Shown here: positions 40,110 to 50,050 of the stretch, one piece after another
Layout of the letters: every line of letters starts with the position of its first letter
Position numbering within the stretch: position 1 is the first letter of the stretch
Assembly: GCA_964564675.1 (NCBI GenBank)
Contig: CAZMBI010000003.1
Span: 6,033-70,032, forward strand
Source: an uncultured Azospirillaceae bacterium
GTDB lineage: Bacteria > Pseudomonadota > Alphaproteobacteria > Rickettsiales > UBA3002
Length of the DNA stretch: 64,000 bases
Direction of reading: 5' to 3'
The notes under the pieces: model-generated
Seen by the model: the letters and a program-made list of their open reading frames with translations, nothing else
The model's database searches: none
What the model was told of the DNA's origin: nothing
Made by a program: the position numbers and the translations under genes

Positions 40110-41746
40110 GTGATCACACCCCGCTGCTTGCCATCCGCGATCTGGCCGTCGCCTTTCAGCAGGGGGCGGAACAGTCACAAGCCGTGCGCGGCGCCTCGCT
40201 TACCATTGATCGCGGGGAAATGCTGGCGCTGGTCGGCGAAAGCGGCTCGGGTAAATCGGTCACGGCGCAGGCGGTCATGCAATTGCTGCCCGACAGTGCG
40301 GGGATTGAAGGGGCCATCACGTTTGACGGCGAAGGGCTGCTTGGCCGCTCCATCCGCCACCTTCGCGGTAAACGCATGGCGATGATTTTCCAGGAACCCC
40401 TAAGCGCGCTGAACCCGTTGCACCCCATCGGCCGTCAGATCGGCGAGATGTTGCGCATCCACCAGGTGATGAATCCGGACGCGGTTACCGCGCGCATCCA
40501 TCAACTGCTCGAACAGGTGGGGCTGTCTCATTTTAAGGCCCGGCTCGATACGTTTCCGCATCAACTCTCCGGCGGCGAACGCCAGCGCGTGATGATCGCC
40601 ATGGCCATGGCCAACGATCCCGATTTGCTCATTGCCGATGAACCGACCACGGCGCTGGATGTCACGCTGCAGATTCAGATCCTCAACCTGCTCAAACGCC
40701 TGCAGCGCGAACGCGGCATGGCGGTGTTGCTCATCACGCATGATCTGACCATCGTGCGCAGGCTGGCGGAAAAAGTCGCCATCATGCGCGAAGGAGCCAT
40801 TGTCGAGCAGGGGGAAACGCGCGCCATTTTCACCAACCCGACACATTCCTATACCCGGCATTTGATCAATTCGGAACCGAAAGGATCCCCCCTGCCCTTA
40901 CCGGGGGATGCCAGGGAGCTGCTGCGCTGCGAAGCGTTGAACGTGCATTTCCCGATCCATAAAGGACTGCTCAGGCGCGTTACCGGCCATGTCAAGGCGG
41001 TCGATGGCATCACGCTGGCGCTTAAACGCGGCGAGACGCTGGGGCTGGTCGGCGAAAGCGGCTCGGGTAAAACGACGCTGGCGCTGGCATTGCTGCGCCT
41101 GATTCATTCCGAAGGGCCGATTGTGTGGATGGCGGGCGACAGCGCGCAACGGCTAGATCAACAGCGCGGCGCCTCACTGCGGGCACTGCGCCACCAGATG
41201 CAGCTGGTCTTTCAGGATCCGTACGGCAGCCTCAATCCGCGCATGACGATCGGCGAAATCATCGCCGAGGGGCTGCGCGTGCACCACCCCGAATTCTCAA
41301 GCAGCCAGCGCGAGCTGTCGGTCGCCGCCATCTTGCAACAGGTCGGGCTGGAACCGCCGATGATACACCGCTTTCCCCATGAATTTTCTGGCGGTCAGCG
41401 CCAGCGTATCGCTATCGCCCGCGCCATGATTCTTAAACCCATGCTGGTGGTGCTCGATGAGCCGACCTCGGCGCTTGATCTGTCGGTACAGTCGCAGATC
41501 ATTGCGCTGCTTAAACAATTCCAGCAGGAGATGGAGTTAAGCTATATTTTCATCAGTCATGACCTGCGCGTCATCCGTGCCATCGCCCACCGTATTGCCG
41601 TTATGAAAGAAGGCCGTGTGGTCGAAGCCTCGGCAACGCCGGAGCTCATCCAACGCCCGCAACAGGCTTATACGAAAACCCTCATTTCGGCAGCGTTCGA
41701 TCAGGAAACCGGTGAGACCGTCACGTCGCCGGAGCCATTGGCATAG
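40106..41746 (+). CDS. yejF: ABC transporter ATP-binding protein with duplicated ATPase domains (YejF-like)
   Basis: 546 aa. It has two Walker A motifs ([16 protein letters not shown]), two signature motifs ([16 protein letters not shown]) and two Walker B motifs. Confidence 0.9.
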   Translation: MSDHTPLLAIRDLAVAFQQGAEQSQAVRGASLTIDRGEMLALVGESGSGKSVTAQAVMQLLPDSAGIEGAITFDGEGLLGRSIRHLRGKRMAMIFQEPLSALNPLHPIGRQIGEMLRIHQVMNPDAVTARIHQLLEQVGLSHFKARLDTFPHQLSGGERQRVMIAMAMANDPDLLIADEPTTALDVTLQIQILNLLKRLQRERGMAVLLITHDLTIVRRLAEKVAIMREGAIVEQGETRAIFTNPTHSYTRHLINSEPKGSPLPLPGDARELLRCEALNVHFPIHKGLLRRVTGHVKAVDGITLALKRGETLGLVGESGSGKTTLALALLRLIHSEGPIVWMAGDSAQRLDQQRGASLRALRHQMQLVFQDPYGSLNPRMTIGEIIAEGLRVHHPEFSSSQRELSVAAILQQVGLEPPMIHRFPHEFSGGQRQRIAIARAMILKPMLVVLDEPTSALDLSVQSQIIALLKQFQQEMELSYIFISHDLRVIRAIAHRIAVMKEGRVVEASATPELIQRPQQAYTKTLISAAFDQETGETVTSPEPLA

Positions 41747-41748
41747 GC

Positions 41749-42735
41749 TCAGACATCGGTGAAGAAGATGGTCGCCCCCGTCGTCTGCCGGGACTCCAGA
41801 TCACGATGGGCGCGCGCCGCATCCTTTAGATAATAGCTCTGTTTAATGTTGATTTTCAGCTTACCCAGGCTGACCATCTGCATCAGCATGGTGCAGGCGA
41901 GCAGATATTCTTCATAGTCCTTGATGTAATCGGTCAGCCGCGGGCGGGTGAGAAAGATGGATCGCCGGTTTTGCAGTTCATCCATACCGATCTTGGGCGG
42001 TATGCCGGATGACTGGCCGTAACTGACCATGAGGCCAAACGACATCAGGCAGTCCAGTGAGCGCATAAAGGTATCCGCCCCCACCGAATCATAGACTACG
42101 TTGCAGCCGACCCCGTTGGTAATCTCACGCACGCGTTCGACAAAATCTTCCTGCGTATAAATGATGGGAAACTCGCAGCCATTATTCGCAGCCAATTCAG
42201 CCTTCTCCGGCGTACTAACCGTGCCGATGACGCGCGCCCCAAGCTCCCTGCCCCATTGACACAGCAGCAACCCCACCCCGCCGGCGGCGGCATGCACGAG
42301 CATGGTGGTTTGTTCATCGACGAAAAACGTACGCATCAGCAGAAAATGCGCCGTCAGCCCCTTCAACATGATACCGGCCGCATGCTGATCTTTGATATTC
42401 TCTGGAATCCCGGCCAGATGGCGCTCGGGCAGTACACGGTGTTGGGCATAGGCCCCGATCGGTCCGCCCGCGTAACATACCCGCTGGCCGATCTGAAACC
42501 CGAATTCACAGTCCGGCCCCAGCGCTTCGACAACCCCCGCACCTTCCAGCCCGATAACGGCCGGATAGCCCGGCAGGGTGTACAGCCCGCTGCGATGATA
42601 GGTATCGATATAGTTCAGACCGACTGCGGTTTGCTTAATCAACACCTCACTGCCCTCAGGCTGCGGTGGCTCCTGGTCGCGCCACTGCAACACCTCCGGC
42701 CCGCCCGGCTGGTCCATCACCACGGCTTTACTCAT
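41749..42735 (-). CDS. qor: NADPH:quinone oxidoreductase (zeta-crystallin/MDR family)
   Basis: Starting at the ATG at 42735 (MSKAVVMDQPGGPEVL...) gives 328 aa with GLNYIDTYHRSG and HAAAGGVG. The track start at 43017 overlaps mnmE antisense and is rejected. Confidence 0.85.
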   Translation of the reverse strand: MSKAVVMDQPGGPEVLQWRDQEPPQPEGSEVLIKQTAVGLNYIDTYHRSGLYTLPGYPAVIGLEGAGVVEALGPDCEFGFQIGQRVCYAGGPIGAYAQHRVLPERHLAGIPENIKDQHAAGIMLKGLTAHFLLMRTFFVDEQTTMLVHAAAGGVGLLLCQWGRELGARVIGTVSTPEKAELAANNGCEFPIIYTQEDFVERVREITNGVGCNVVYDSVGADTFMRSLDCLMSFGLMVSYGQSSGIPPKIGMDELQNRRSIFLTRPRLTDYIKDYEEYLLACTMLMQMVSLGKLKINIKQSYYLKDAARAHRDLESRQTTGATIFFTDV

Positions 42736-42789
42736 CAGGTTATCTCTGGTGTTTCGGTTACAATATCGGTTATATGACACAAAAGTGTA

Positions 42790-44181
42790 ATGAGCGTCAT
42801 GGCAAAAACCAACGACAAAATCGATTCGGCGCCCGATATGACAGCGCTTCCGGCAGAGACGATTGCCGCTTTGGCCACACCACCGGGGCGCTCGGGCGTG
42901 GCCGTGATCCGCCTCTCGGGGGGCACGGTCGACGACATATTGGCAGCGCTGGGCATGACTTCCCTGCCCGCGCCGCGCGTGGCCAGCCTGCGCACGCTGT
43001 ATCATCCGCATACTCACGAGGTGATAGATCAGGGACTGGTATTATATTTTCCGGCGCCGCACAGTTTCACCGGTGAAACGGTCGCCGAATTGCACGTACA
43101 TGGCAGCCGCTCGGTGATCCGCAGCCTGCTGGACGCGCTCACCCAACTGCCCGCCTGCCGGCTGGCCGAGCCGGGGGAATTTACCCGCCGCGCCTTTATT
43201 AACGGCAAGATGGATCTGGTTGCCGCCGAAGGGCTGGCCGATCTGATTGCCGCTGATACCAATGCCCAGCGCGCCCAGGCCCTGCGCCAACTGCATGGCG
43301 AGGTGAGCGGGCACTATGAGGCCATGCGCGCGCAGCTGGTCCAGTCACTGGCGCTGGTGGAGGCCTATATCGATTTCCCCGATGAGGAAATTCCCGAGTC
43401 GGTATTACAGGATTTGCAGGCCACCGTATCGACACTAAAACAAAACATTGCCGAGATACTGGATGATCAGCATATCGGTGAGAAAGTCCGCGATGGCTGG
43501 CATTTGGCGATTCTCGGCGCGCCCAACGCCGGCAAGTCCAGCCTGCTCAACGCCCTGGCCCGACGGGATGCAGCGATCGTCTCGCCCGTTGCCGGCACCA
43601 CGCGCGATACAATTGAAGTCGAGCTTGATCTGCAGGGTTATTCTCTGACTGTAATTGATACCGCCGGCCTGCGCGACAGTGACGATCCCATCGAGCAAGA
43701 GGGCGTGCGCCGCGCGCGGGCGCGCGCTGATCAGGCCGATTTTACTTTGGTGTGCTTCGATGCCACGCAATTACCCCTGCTGGATGAAACGAGCCGACAG
43801 CTGATAATGGAAGACACGCTGGTGGTCATCACCAAATCAGACCAGATGCAAACGCAGATCCCGGCGACGCTTGCGGCTTACCACCCGATCTCGCTGTCTG
43901 TTGTCACCGGCGACGGCCTCCCTGCCCTGCTCGCGCAACTGCAGGAACGCGTGACACAACAGGCAGCAGGGCGGGAAAACACCCTCATTACCCGGGCGCG
44001 GCATCGCCGCGCCTTACAGGTTGCCCATGAGCATCTGGCCGGGTTTCATCCAGATCAGGCGATCGAATGCCAAGCTGAAGAGTTGCGCCAGGCCGCCTTG
44101 CAGTTTGCGAAAATCACTGGCAGAATTGCCGTTGATGAGTTATTAGATGCCATCTTCAGTCAATTTTGTATTGGCAAATAG
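42790..44181 (+). CDS. mnmE: tRNA modification GTPase MnmE
   Basis: 463 aa. Contains GAPNAGKSSLLNAL, DTAGLR and the C-terminal FCIGK. The start may instead be the ATG at 42838 (MTALPAETIAALATPPG). Confidence 0.9.
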   Translation: MSVMAKTNDKIDSAPDMTALPAETIAALATPPGRSGVAVIRLSGGTVDDILAALGMTSLPAPRVASLRTLYHPHTHEVIDQGLVLYFPAPHSFTGETVAELHVHGSRSVIRSLLDALTQLPACRLAEPGEFTRRAFINGKMDLVAAEGLADLIAADTNAQRAQALRQLHGEVSGHYEAMRAQLVQSLALVEAYIDFPDEEIPESVLQDLQATVSTLKQNIAEILDDQHIGEKVRDGWHLAILGAPNAGKSSLLNALARRDAAIVSPVAGTTRDTIEVELDLQGYSLTVIDTAGLRDSDDPIEQEGVRRARARADQADFTLVCFDATQLPLLDETSRQLIMEDTLVVITKSDQMQTQIPATLAAYHPISLSVVTGDGLPALLAQLQERVTQQAAGRENTLITRARHRRALQVAHEHLAGFHPDQAIECQAEELRQAALQFAKITGRIAVDELLDAIFSQFCIGK

Positions 44182-44234
44182 CGTCGGCGCTGGCCGGTCA
44201 TGGATCGCAAGGATAACTAAATATAGGGGCGTGC

Positions 44235-44250
44235 TGTTTCACGTGGAACA
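44235..44250. promoter_or_regulatory. parS: parS centromere-like site (TGTTTCACGTGGAACA)
   Basis: It matches the 16-bp parS consensus TGTTNCACGTGAAACA at 15 of 16 positions. It ends directly on the mnmG ATG. Confidence 0.8.
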
Positions 44251-46119
44251 ATGGATAGGTTTTTTGACGTCATTATCATAGGCGGTGGCCATGCCGGAAC
44301 GGAAGCGGCGGCGGCGGCGGCACGCCTCGGTGCCGATACGCTGCTGCTGACCCATCGCCGCGATACGATCGGCGAGATGTCTTGTAATCCGGCCATTGGC
44401 GGGATTGCCAAGGGTACGCTGGTGCGTGAGATCGATGCGCTGGACGGCATCATGGGCCGCGCCATCGACCGCGCCGGTATTCAGTTTCGTGTACTCAACC
44501 AAAGTAAGGGCCCAGCGGTTCGTGGTCCACGTGCGCAGGCTGATCGCGCACGCTATCGCGAGGCTGTCCAGTCACTACTGGCAGAATATGACCGGTTACG
44601 TATTGTCGAAGATAGCGCCGAAGATATTGTCCGCGATGACAATGGCTATATATGTGGCGTTATCGGGTCAAGCACTACTATATATAGAGCTGGCGCAGTC
44701 GTGATTACGACGGGCACCTTTCTGGACGGCGTCATGCATATGGGCGAAACACAAATCCGCGCGGGCCGTGTGGGCGAAGCGCCGGCGATTGGGTTATCGA
44801 AGACCCTGTACGGGCTGGGACTGCGTATGGGACGGCTCAAGACCGGCACCCCGCCCCGCCTCGACGGCAGGACAATCGATTGGTCAGCCACCACACCGCA
44901 GCCCGGCGACAGCCCACCGCGCCCGTTTTCGTATCTGACAGATCATATCCAGGTTCCACAAATCGCCTGTTATATCACCCATACCACGCCGCAGGCGCAT
45001 GCCCTGATCCGTGATAATTTGCATCGCTCACCCATGTATTCCGGCCAGATCGAAAGCGCCGGTCCGCGCTATTGTCCCTCGATTGAAGATAAGGTGGTGC
45101 GTTTTGCCGAGCGTGAACGGCATCAGATTTTTCTGGAACCGGAAGGACTCGATGATGACACCGTCTATCCTAACGGCATTTCCACGTCACTGCCCGAGGC
45201 CGTGCAGAACGCGCTGATACGCCACATACCCGGCCTCGCCGCAGCTCGCATCATCCGGCCCGGCTATGCGATCGAATATGATTGTGTAGACCCGCGGGAA
45301 TTAAAGCCCACCCTTGAGCTCAAAGCCGTTCCGGGATTATTTCTGGCCGGTCAGATCAATGGCACCACCGGTTACGAGGAAGCTGGCGCCCAGGGCATCG
45401 TAGCCGGACTCAACGCCGCGCTGTACGCAGCTGGATCGCCGCCCTTCGCGATTGACCGTTCGCAGGCCTATATTGGCGTGATGATAGACGATCTGGTAAC
45501 ACAGGGCACCACCGAGCCTTATCGTATGTTTACCTCGCGGTCTGAATACCGGCTGACCCTGCGCCCGGACAATGCCGATCTGCGCTTAACCCAACGGGCG
45601 ATTGATTTAGGTGCCGCCAGCACTGCACGCCAAAAGCAATTTCTGAATAAAGTCGCCCGGCTTGAACACGCCCGGGCCTTTTGTCAGTCGCAGACGATCA
45701 GCCCAAACCAAGCTGCGCGTTACGAGCTTCGCTTGAACCAGGACGGGGTGCGGCGCTCGCTTTTCGAATTGCTAAGCTATCCCGATATGTCCCACACACA
45801 ATTGGCTCAGGTTTGGCCGGAGTTGCAGGATATGTACGAAGATGTGCGGGAGCAGCTGACCATTGACTCACTTTACCGCAACTACCTGGCACGCCAGTCC
45901 GCCGACATTTTGTTGTTTCAGAAAGAAGAACATGTGCCGATTCCGACCAGTATTAATTACTGGCAGGTGGCCTCACTATCTAATGAGGTGCGCGAAAAGC
46001 TGGAGACAGTCCGCCCGCTGACGGTCGGGGCTGCGAGCCGCATTCCCGGTGTGACGCCTGCCGCTATCGCCGCCATCCTGGTCCATATGCGTGCCACTGC
46101 CGCTGCAGCCACCTCCTAG
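44251..46119 (+). CDS. mnmG: tRNA uridine 5-carboxymethylaminomethyl modification enzyme MnmG (GidA)
   Basis: 622 aa with an FAD motif [16 protein letters not shown] and [11 protein letters not shown]. Confidence 0.95.
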   Translation: MDRFFDVIIIGGGHAGTEAAAAAARLGADTLLLTHRRDTIGEMSCNPAIGGIAKGTLVREIDALDGIMGRAIDRAGIQFRVLNQSKGPAVRGPRAQADRARYREAVQSLLAEYDRLRIVEDSAEDIVRDDNGYICGVIGSSTTIYRAGAVVITTGTFLDGVMHMGETQIRAGRVGEAPAIGLSKTLYGLGLRMGRLKTGTPPRLDGRTIDWSATTPQPGDSPPRPFSYLTDHIQVPQIACYITHTTPQAHALIRDNLHRSPMYSGQIESAGPRYCPSIEDKVVRFAERERHQIFLEPEGLDDDTVYPNGISTSLPEAVQNALIRHIPGLAAARIIRPGYAIEYDCVDPRELKPTLELKAVPGLFLAGQINGTTGYEEAGAQGIVAGLNAALYAAGSPPFAIDRSQAYIGVMIDDLVTQGTTEPYRMFTSRSEYRLTLRPDNADLRLTQRAIDLGAASTARQKQFLNKVARLEHARAFCQSQTISPNQAARYELRLNQDGVRRSLFELLSYPDMSHTQLAQVWPELQDMYEDVREQLTIDSLYRNYLARQSADILLFQKEEHVPIPTSINYWQVASLSNEVREKLETVRPLTVGAASRIPGVTPAAIAAILVHMRATAAAATS

Positions 46120-46121
46120 TC

Positions 46122-46730
46122 ATGGACTATCAGACCTTCACGCAGCATATTGTTGTTCCACGTGGAACATTTGATGCGCTAGCTTATTATGTCGCCCAGC
46201 TGGAGAAATGGCAAAGCCGGCTCAACTTGATCAGCCCGAATACCGTCCCGGATATCTGGCACCGCCATATCCTTGATTCCTGTCAATTCTATCCGCACCT
46301 TGTTCCACGTGGAACAATGCCCGTTGCCGATTTTGGCAGCGGGGCGGGCCTGCCGGGTCTGGTGCTCGCCATACTGGGAATCCCAAACCTACATCTTATT
46401 GAAAGCGATCAGCGCAAGGCAGTCTTTTTACAGGAAATCGTACGGGCGCTTGAACTGCCGGCTACCATCCATGCGACCCGGATAGAGCAAACGCAGATTG
46501 CCCGACCGGGCGCCATCACTGCGCGTGGCTGTGCACCCTTAACGCGTTTATTATCATTAGCTTATCCGTTTTTGTGTGAAAACACGATTTGTTACTTTGC
46601 AAAAGGGAAAAATTACGCTACAGAGATAACAGAGGCACAACAGCACTGGGTGTTCCGGTGGCAGGCATATCACAGTAACACGGACCCACAAGCCGCCCTG
46701 TTAGCAATCTCCGACATCGCATTGAGGTAG
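46122..46730 (+). CDS. rsmG: 16S rRNA (guanine527-N7)-methyltransferase RsmG (GidB)
   Basis: 202 aa with a SAM motif ADFGSGAGLPG, in the position between mnmG and parA. Confidence 0.9.
   Translation: MDYQTFTQHIVVPRGTFDALAYYVAQLEKWQSRLNLISPNTVPDIWHRHILDSCQFYPHLVPRGTMPVADFGSGAGLPGLVLAILGIPNLHLIESDQRKAVFLQEIVRALELPATIHATRIEQTQIARPGAITARGCAPLTRLLSLAYPFLCENTICYFAKGKNYATEITEAQQHWVFRWQAYHSNTDPQAALLAISDIALR
46154..46169. promoter_or_regulatory. parS: parS site (TGTTCCACGTGGAACA, perfect palindrome) inside rsmG
   Basis: 16-bp perfect palindrome, a symmetric variant of the parS consensus. It encodes VPRGT in RsmG. Confidence 0.8.
46301..46316. promoter_or_regulatory. parS: parS site (TGTTCCACGTGGAACA, perfect palindrome; 18 bp with flanking T/A) inside rsmG
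   Basis: Second identical palindrome, 147 bp downstream of the first. It again encodes VPRGT. Confidence 0.8.
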
Positions 46731-46733
46731 GTT

Positions 46734-47516
46734 ATGGCACGTATCCTTTCTGTTGTGAACCAAAAAGGGGGGGTGGGCAAAACCACCACCGCCGTCAATA
46801 TGGCCACCGCCCTGGCGGCGGTGGGCAAAACTGTCTTACTGATTGATCTGGATCCACAAGGCAATGCCAGTACCGGGCTGGGGATAGACTCGCGACGCCG
46901 CCGCTTAACCAGCTATCAGATGCTGATCGAAGGCGCACGCGCCAGCGATGCTGCCGTCGAAACTGAAATCCCGCGCCTGTCTATTGTGCCTTCTACCATT
47001 GACCTATCGGCAGCCGAACTCGAACTGGTCACGATTCCCAAGCGTGAATACCAATTACACAATGCCCTGAAGGATGATCGGCTTCCCTATGACTATGTCA
47101 TCATTGATTGTCCGCCTTCGCTGGGCCTGACCACGATTAATGCGCTGACGGCAGCCGATTCGGTGCTGATTCCCCTACAGTGTGAATTTTATGCGCTGGA
47201 AGGGCTGAGCCATCTGCTTAAAACTATCAAACTCATTCAAAGCAAGTTAAACCCGCCATTGACCATTCATGGGGTAATTCTGACCATGTATGATAAGCGT
47301 AATAAACTCACCGAATATATCGAAAACGATGTGCGCGGCTTTATGGGGGACGATGTCTATCAAACCGTGATCCCGCGCAATGTCCGTATCTCGGAAGCGC
47401 CGTCCTTTGGCAAGCCCGCCATTGTCTACGATATGCGCTGTGCCGGTTCGCAGGCCTATTTACAGCTTGCCAAAGAGTTGATTAAACGAGAGAAACGCTT
47501 GGTTCAGGCCGCTTAA
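46734..47516 (+). CDS. parA: chromosome partitioning ATPase ParA
   Basis: 260 aa with the deviant Walker A NQKGGVGKTTT. Confidence 0.95.
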   Translation: MARILSVVNQKGGVGKTTTAVNMATALAAVGKTVLLIDLDPQGNASTGLGIDSRRRRLTSYQMLIEGARASDAAVETEIPRLSIVPSTIDLSAAELELVTIPKREYQLHNALKDDRLPYDYVIIDCPPSLGLTTINALTAADSVLIPLQCEFYALEGLSHLLKTIKLIQSKLNPPLTIHGVILTMYDKRNKLTEYIENDVRGFMGDDVYQTVIPRNVRISEAPSFGKPAIVYDMRCAGSQAYLQLAKELIKREKRLVQAA

Positions 47517-47551
47517 TATAGGGAATTACAGCAGATTATAGGAGCACTATC

Positions 47552-48484
47552 ATGACTGCCATGCAAAAGGGACTTGGAAAGGGCCTCTCGGCTCTGATGG
47601 GAGAGGAGTACAGCCAGACCGCACCAGAACCCCGCCCGGCCGATAGCGGCCCGCCGGACCGGCTGCCGTTAGAGCAGATCCATAGCGGTAAATTCCAACC
47701 GCGCGCACGTTTTGACGAGGACTATCTGAATGAGCTGGCTGATTCCATTGAGAAAAACGGGGTAATGCAGCCCATTTTGGTGCGGGCGTCCACCGAACAG
47801 GCCGGCATGTATGAGATTATTGCCGGTGAGCGCCGCTGGCGTGCGGCAAAATTAGCCAAGGTAAGCGAGATTCCGGTTCTGCTGCGCGAGGTAGACGATC
47901 AACTGGCGTTGGAACTGGCCCTTGTTGAAAACGTCCAGCGGCAGGACCTGACGCCGCTGGAGGAGTCTGCCGGCTATCAACGCTTAATGGATGAGTTCGG
48001 CTACACGCAGGATGAGCTGGCGCGTACCGTCGGCAAAAGCCGTAGTCACATCGCCAACCTGCTGCGGCTGCTCACCCTACCGGAAGAAATTAAACAGTTT
48101 CTGGATCAGGATGAATTAACCATGGGCCATGCGCGGGCCCTGCTTAATGCCGAGCATCCGGAGAAGTTGGCGCGCGAAGTGGTCAAGCGTGGCCTCAATG
48201 TCCGTCAGACTGAAAACCTCGTGCGCAGCGGCGGGGCAGACTATTCCCAACCGCCGTCCAAGCCGCAGACGCCTCATGGGACGCAGTCTAAAAGCAACGG
48301 CAGCAGCCGGCCGCGCCAGGAAAAAGACCCGGATATTCTGGCGCTGGAAGAAACCCTGTCCGACAATCTCGGCCTGACCGTCAGCATCCATGATCAGGGC
48401 GGGCAGAAGGGCGAGATCGTCATTCAGTACGGCTCCCTCAGTCAGCTGGATGAAATCCTGCGCCGCCTGGGTGACAGTATTTAG
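47552..48484 (+). CDS. parB: chromosome partitioning protein ParB
   Basis: 310 aa with the ParB box GERRWRAA and an HTH region SQDELARTVGKSRSHIANLLRLL. Confidence 0.95.
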   Translation: MTAMQKGLGKGLSALMGEEYSQTAPEPRPADSGPPDRLPLEQIHSGKFQPRARFDEDYLNELADSIEKNGVMQPILVRASTEQAGMYEIIAGERRWRAAKLAKVSEIPVLLREVDDQLALELALVENVQRQDLTPLEESAGYQRLMDEFGYTQDELARTVGKSRSHIANLLRLLTLPEEIKQFLDQDELTMGHARALLNAEHPEKLAREVVKRGLNVRQTENLVRSGGADYSQPPSKPQTPHGTQSKSNGSSRPRQEKDPDILALEETLSDNLGLTVSIHDQGGQKGEIVIQYGSLSQLDEILRRLGDSI

Positions 48485-48506
48485 CGCCTGCATTTAGAAC
48501 CGAAGA

Positions 48507-49538
48507 CTATGCCGCAGCGCGGGCAATACGCAACACGGTCTGTGCGCACAGGGTGGCCCCGAGTTCTCCGCCCCGTTTACTGTCGCGTTCAGCCTCCTGG
48601 GTCATCTGCAGGACCCGGTTGATCCGCGCTGTATTCCAGCGCCGCGTATGCGATGCCAGCCGCGGCTGATCTTTGAAGAAAACCGGCGGGCGCAATGCCT
48701 TGACCGCCTCCTCCACGGACCGCCCATGCCGGCGCATCTGCTGCTGAATCTCCCATAACCGACTGAAATGCCTGTGTAGGGCACGTAAAATCACCACCTC
48801 CGGCGTACCCTCCAATTGTAACCGGTCGAGCAGGCGGGCGGTATAATCCAGCTGGCCGGCAGCGACCGCGTGGCACAGCCCGTCAACCCCCTGGTCACTA
48901 TTATCGCCTAATACATTGCGAATCGAATCAATAGGTATGGATTGTTCGCCAAAATGATACAATGCCAAACGCTCCAGTTCGCTCTCGACTGTCATCCGGT
49001 CACCAGTGATATGCTGCGCAAGATAGGCAATAGTTTCTCTATCAACCGAAAAGCCACGCGTTTTCAGCGCTTCCTCTATATATAGCTGGCGGTCCCTGCC
49101 TTCTTCCTGATAGCAGGGCAGGGCGGCCAGACGCTTATCACTTTCAAATAATTTGCGTAACGTCGAACGCGGCCCGCACTCCTCCGCGGTGACGGCCAGA
49201 TAATGATGCATGCCAGCCTGTTCGACGGCTGGCTGAATTGCTGCGGCCAGCTTGTCCGAAGCATCCCGGATAACCACCACCCGCCGATCCCCGAACATAC
49301 TGATGCTGGCCAGCTCGTCGGCGACGCTCACCGGGTCGGCCAGCACCGTCTCGCAGGCCAGATCCACCCGTTGAAACGGGTCGTTGGGATCGGGCAACAG
49401 GGCCTGCAGGATGTGTTGCAGCCGCTGCCGTACCTGCCCGCGGTCCGCCCCATAGATTAACGCGCCAACCACCGGCTGGCCTTTATAAAGGGTCGGCTCG
49501 GTGACGAACACCCGGCTGTCACGAACGGTTATTTTCAT
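48507..49538 (-). CDS. holA: DNA polymerase III subunit delta
   Basis: 343 aa. The call rests on size, helical C-terminal domain and the conserved leuS-lptE-holA order. Sequence-level recognition is weaker than the context. Confidence 0.75.
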   Translation of the reverse strand: MKITVRDSRVFVTEPTLYKGQPVVGALIYGADRGQVRQRLQHILQALLPDPNDPFQRVDLACETVLADPVSVADELASISMFGDRRVVVIRDASDKLAAAIQPAVEQAGMHHYLAVTAEECGPRSTLRKLFESDKRLAALPCYQEEGRDRQLYIEEALKTRGFSVDRETIAYLAQHITGDRMTVESELERLALYHFGEQSIPIDSIRNVLGDNSDQGVDGLCHAVAAGQLDYTARLLDRLQLEGTPEVVILRALHRHFSRLWEIQQQMRRHGRSVEEAVKALRPPVFFKDQPRLASHTRRWNTARINRVLQMTQEAERDSKRGGELGATLCAQTVLRIARAAA

Positions 49539-50050
49539 GTGCGTCCACGCTCACGCGCCATCAGTGCACTGATACGCAGTTTATAATCCTCCGCCAGTTC
49601 GACGACGACACGTCTCAGCGCATCCTGCTGGGCAACAAAGGTCGAATAGTCATTGTCTTCAGAGACGTTATAATTGACCTGACGGCGGACTTCGCCTTCG
49701 GCGATCACTGTATCGTCCGCCATGCGGGTGAGGGTATAGGGCGAAGTGATGGTGATGCGGTAACGCGAGGCGGTACCGTCGGGCTCGATAATGAACGGCT
49801 CAGACTGGCTTTGTATGGCGATTTTAAGCATAAAATCGAGTGGGGTGCTACGTGACTCCGGATTGAGGTGATCAAGTAACTCAGCGCGCAACAATTCGCC
49901 TTCACGCCCCACCGGGGTACTGATCTGAACACCGTTGAGGGCATCGCGAATGTCATAACGCTGCGGGTTATCGGCATAAATCGGCTGAAACCCGCAACCC
50001 ACCAGCCATAACGGCAAAAGGATTATCCCCCATATAGCCCGTGCTTTCAT
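49535..50050 (-). CDS. lptE: LPS-assembly lipoprotein LptE
   Basis: 171 aa with lipobox LWLVGCG, immediately downstream of leuS with 4-bp overlaps. Confidence 0.7.
   Translation of the reverse strand: MKARAIWGIILLPLWLVGCGFQPIYADNPQRYDIRDALNGVQISTPVGREGELLRAELLDHLNPESRSTPLDFMLKIAIQSQSEPFIIEPDGTASRYRITITSPYTLTRMADDTVIAEGEVRRQVNYNVSEDNDYSTFVAQQDALRRVVVELAEDYKLRISALMARERGRT

Noticed and set aside
40228-41071. 28-bp identical repeat GCTGGTCGGCGAAAGCGGCTCGGGTAAA at 40228-40255 and 41044-41071
   Set aside because: These are the two Walker A regions (LVGESGSGK) of the duplicated ATPase domains of yejF. This is an internal domain duplication, possibly homogenised by gene conversion, and not a mobile repeat.
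44235-46316. Palindromes TGTTCCACGTGGAACA considered as DnaA boxes or an oriC
   Set aside because: They fit the 16-bp parS consensus much better than the 9-bp DnaA box. They lie mostly inside coding sequence, and there is no AT-rich unwinding region here.
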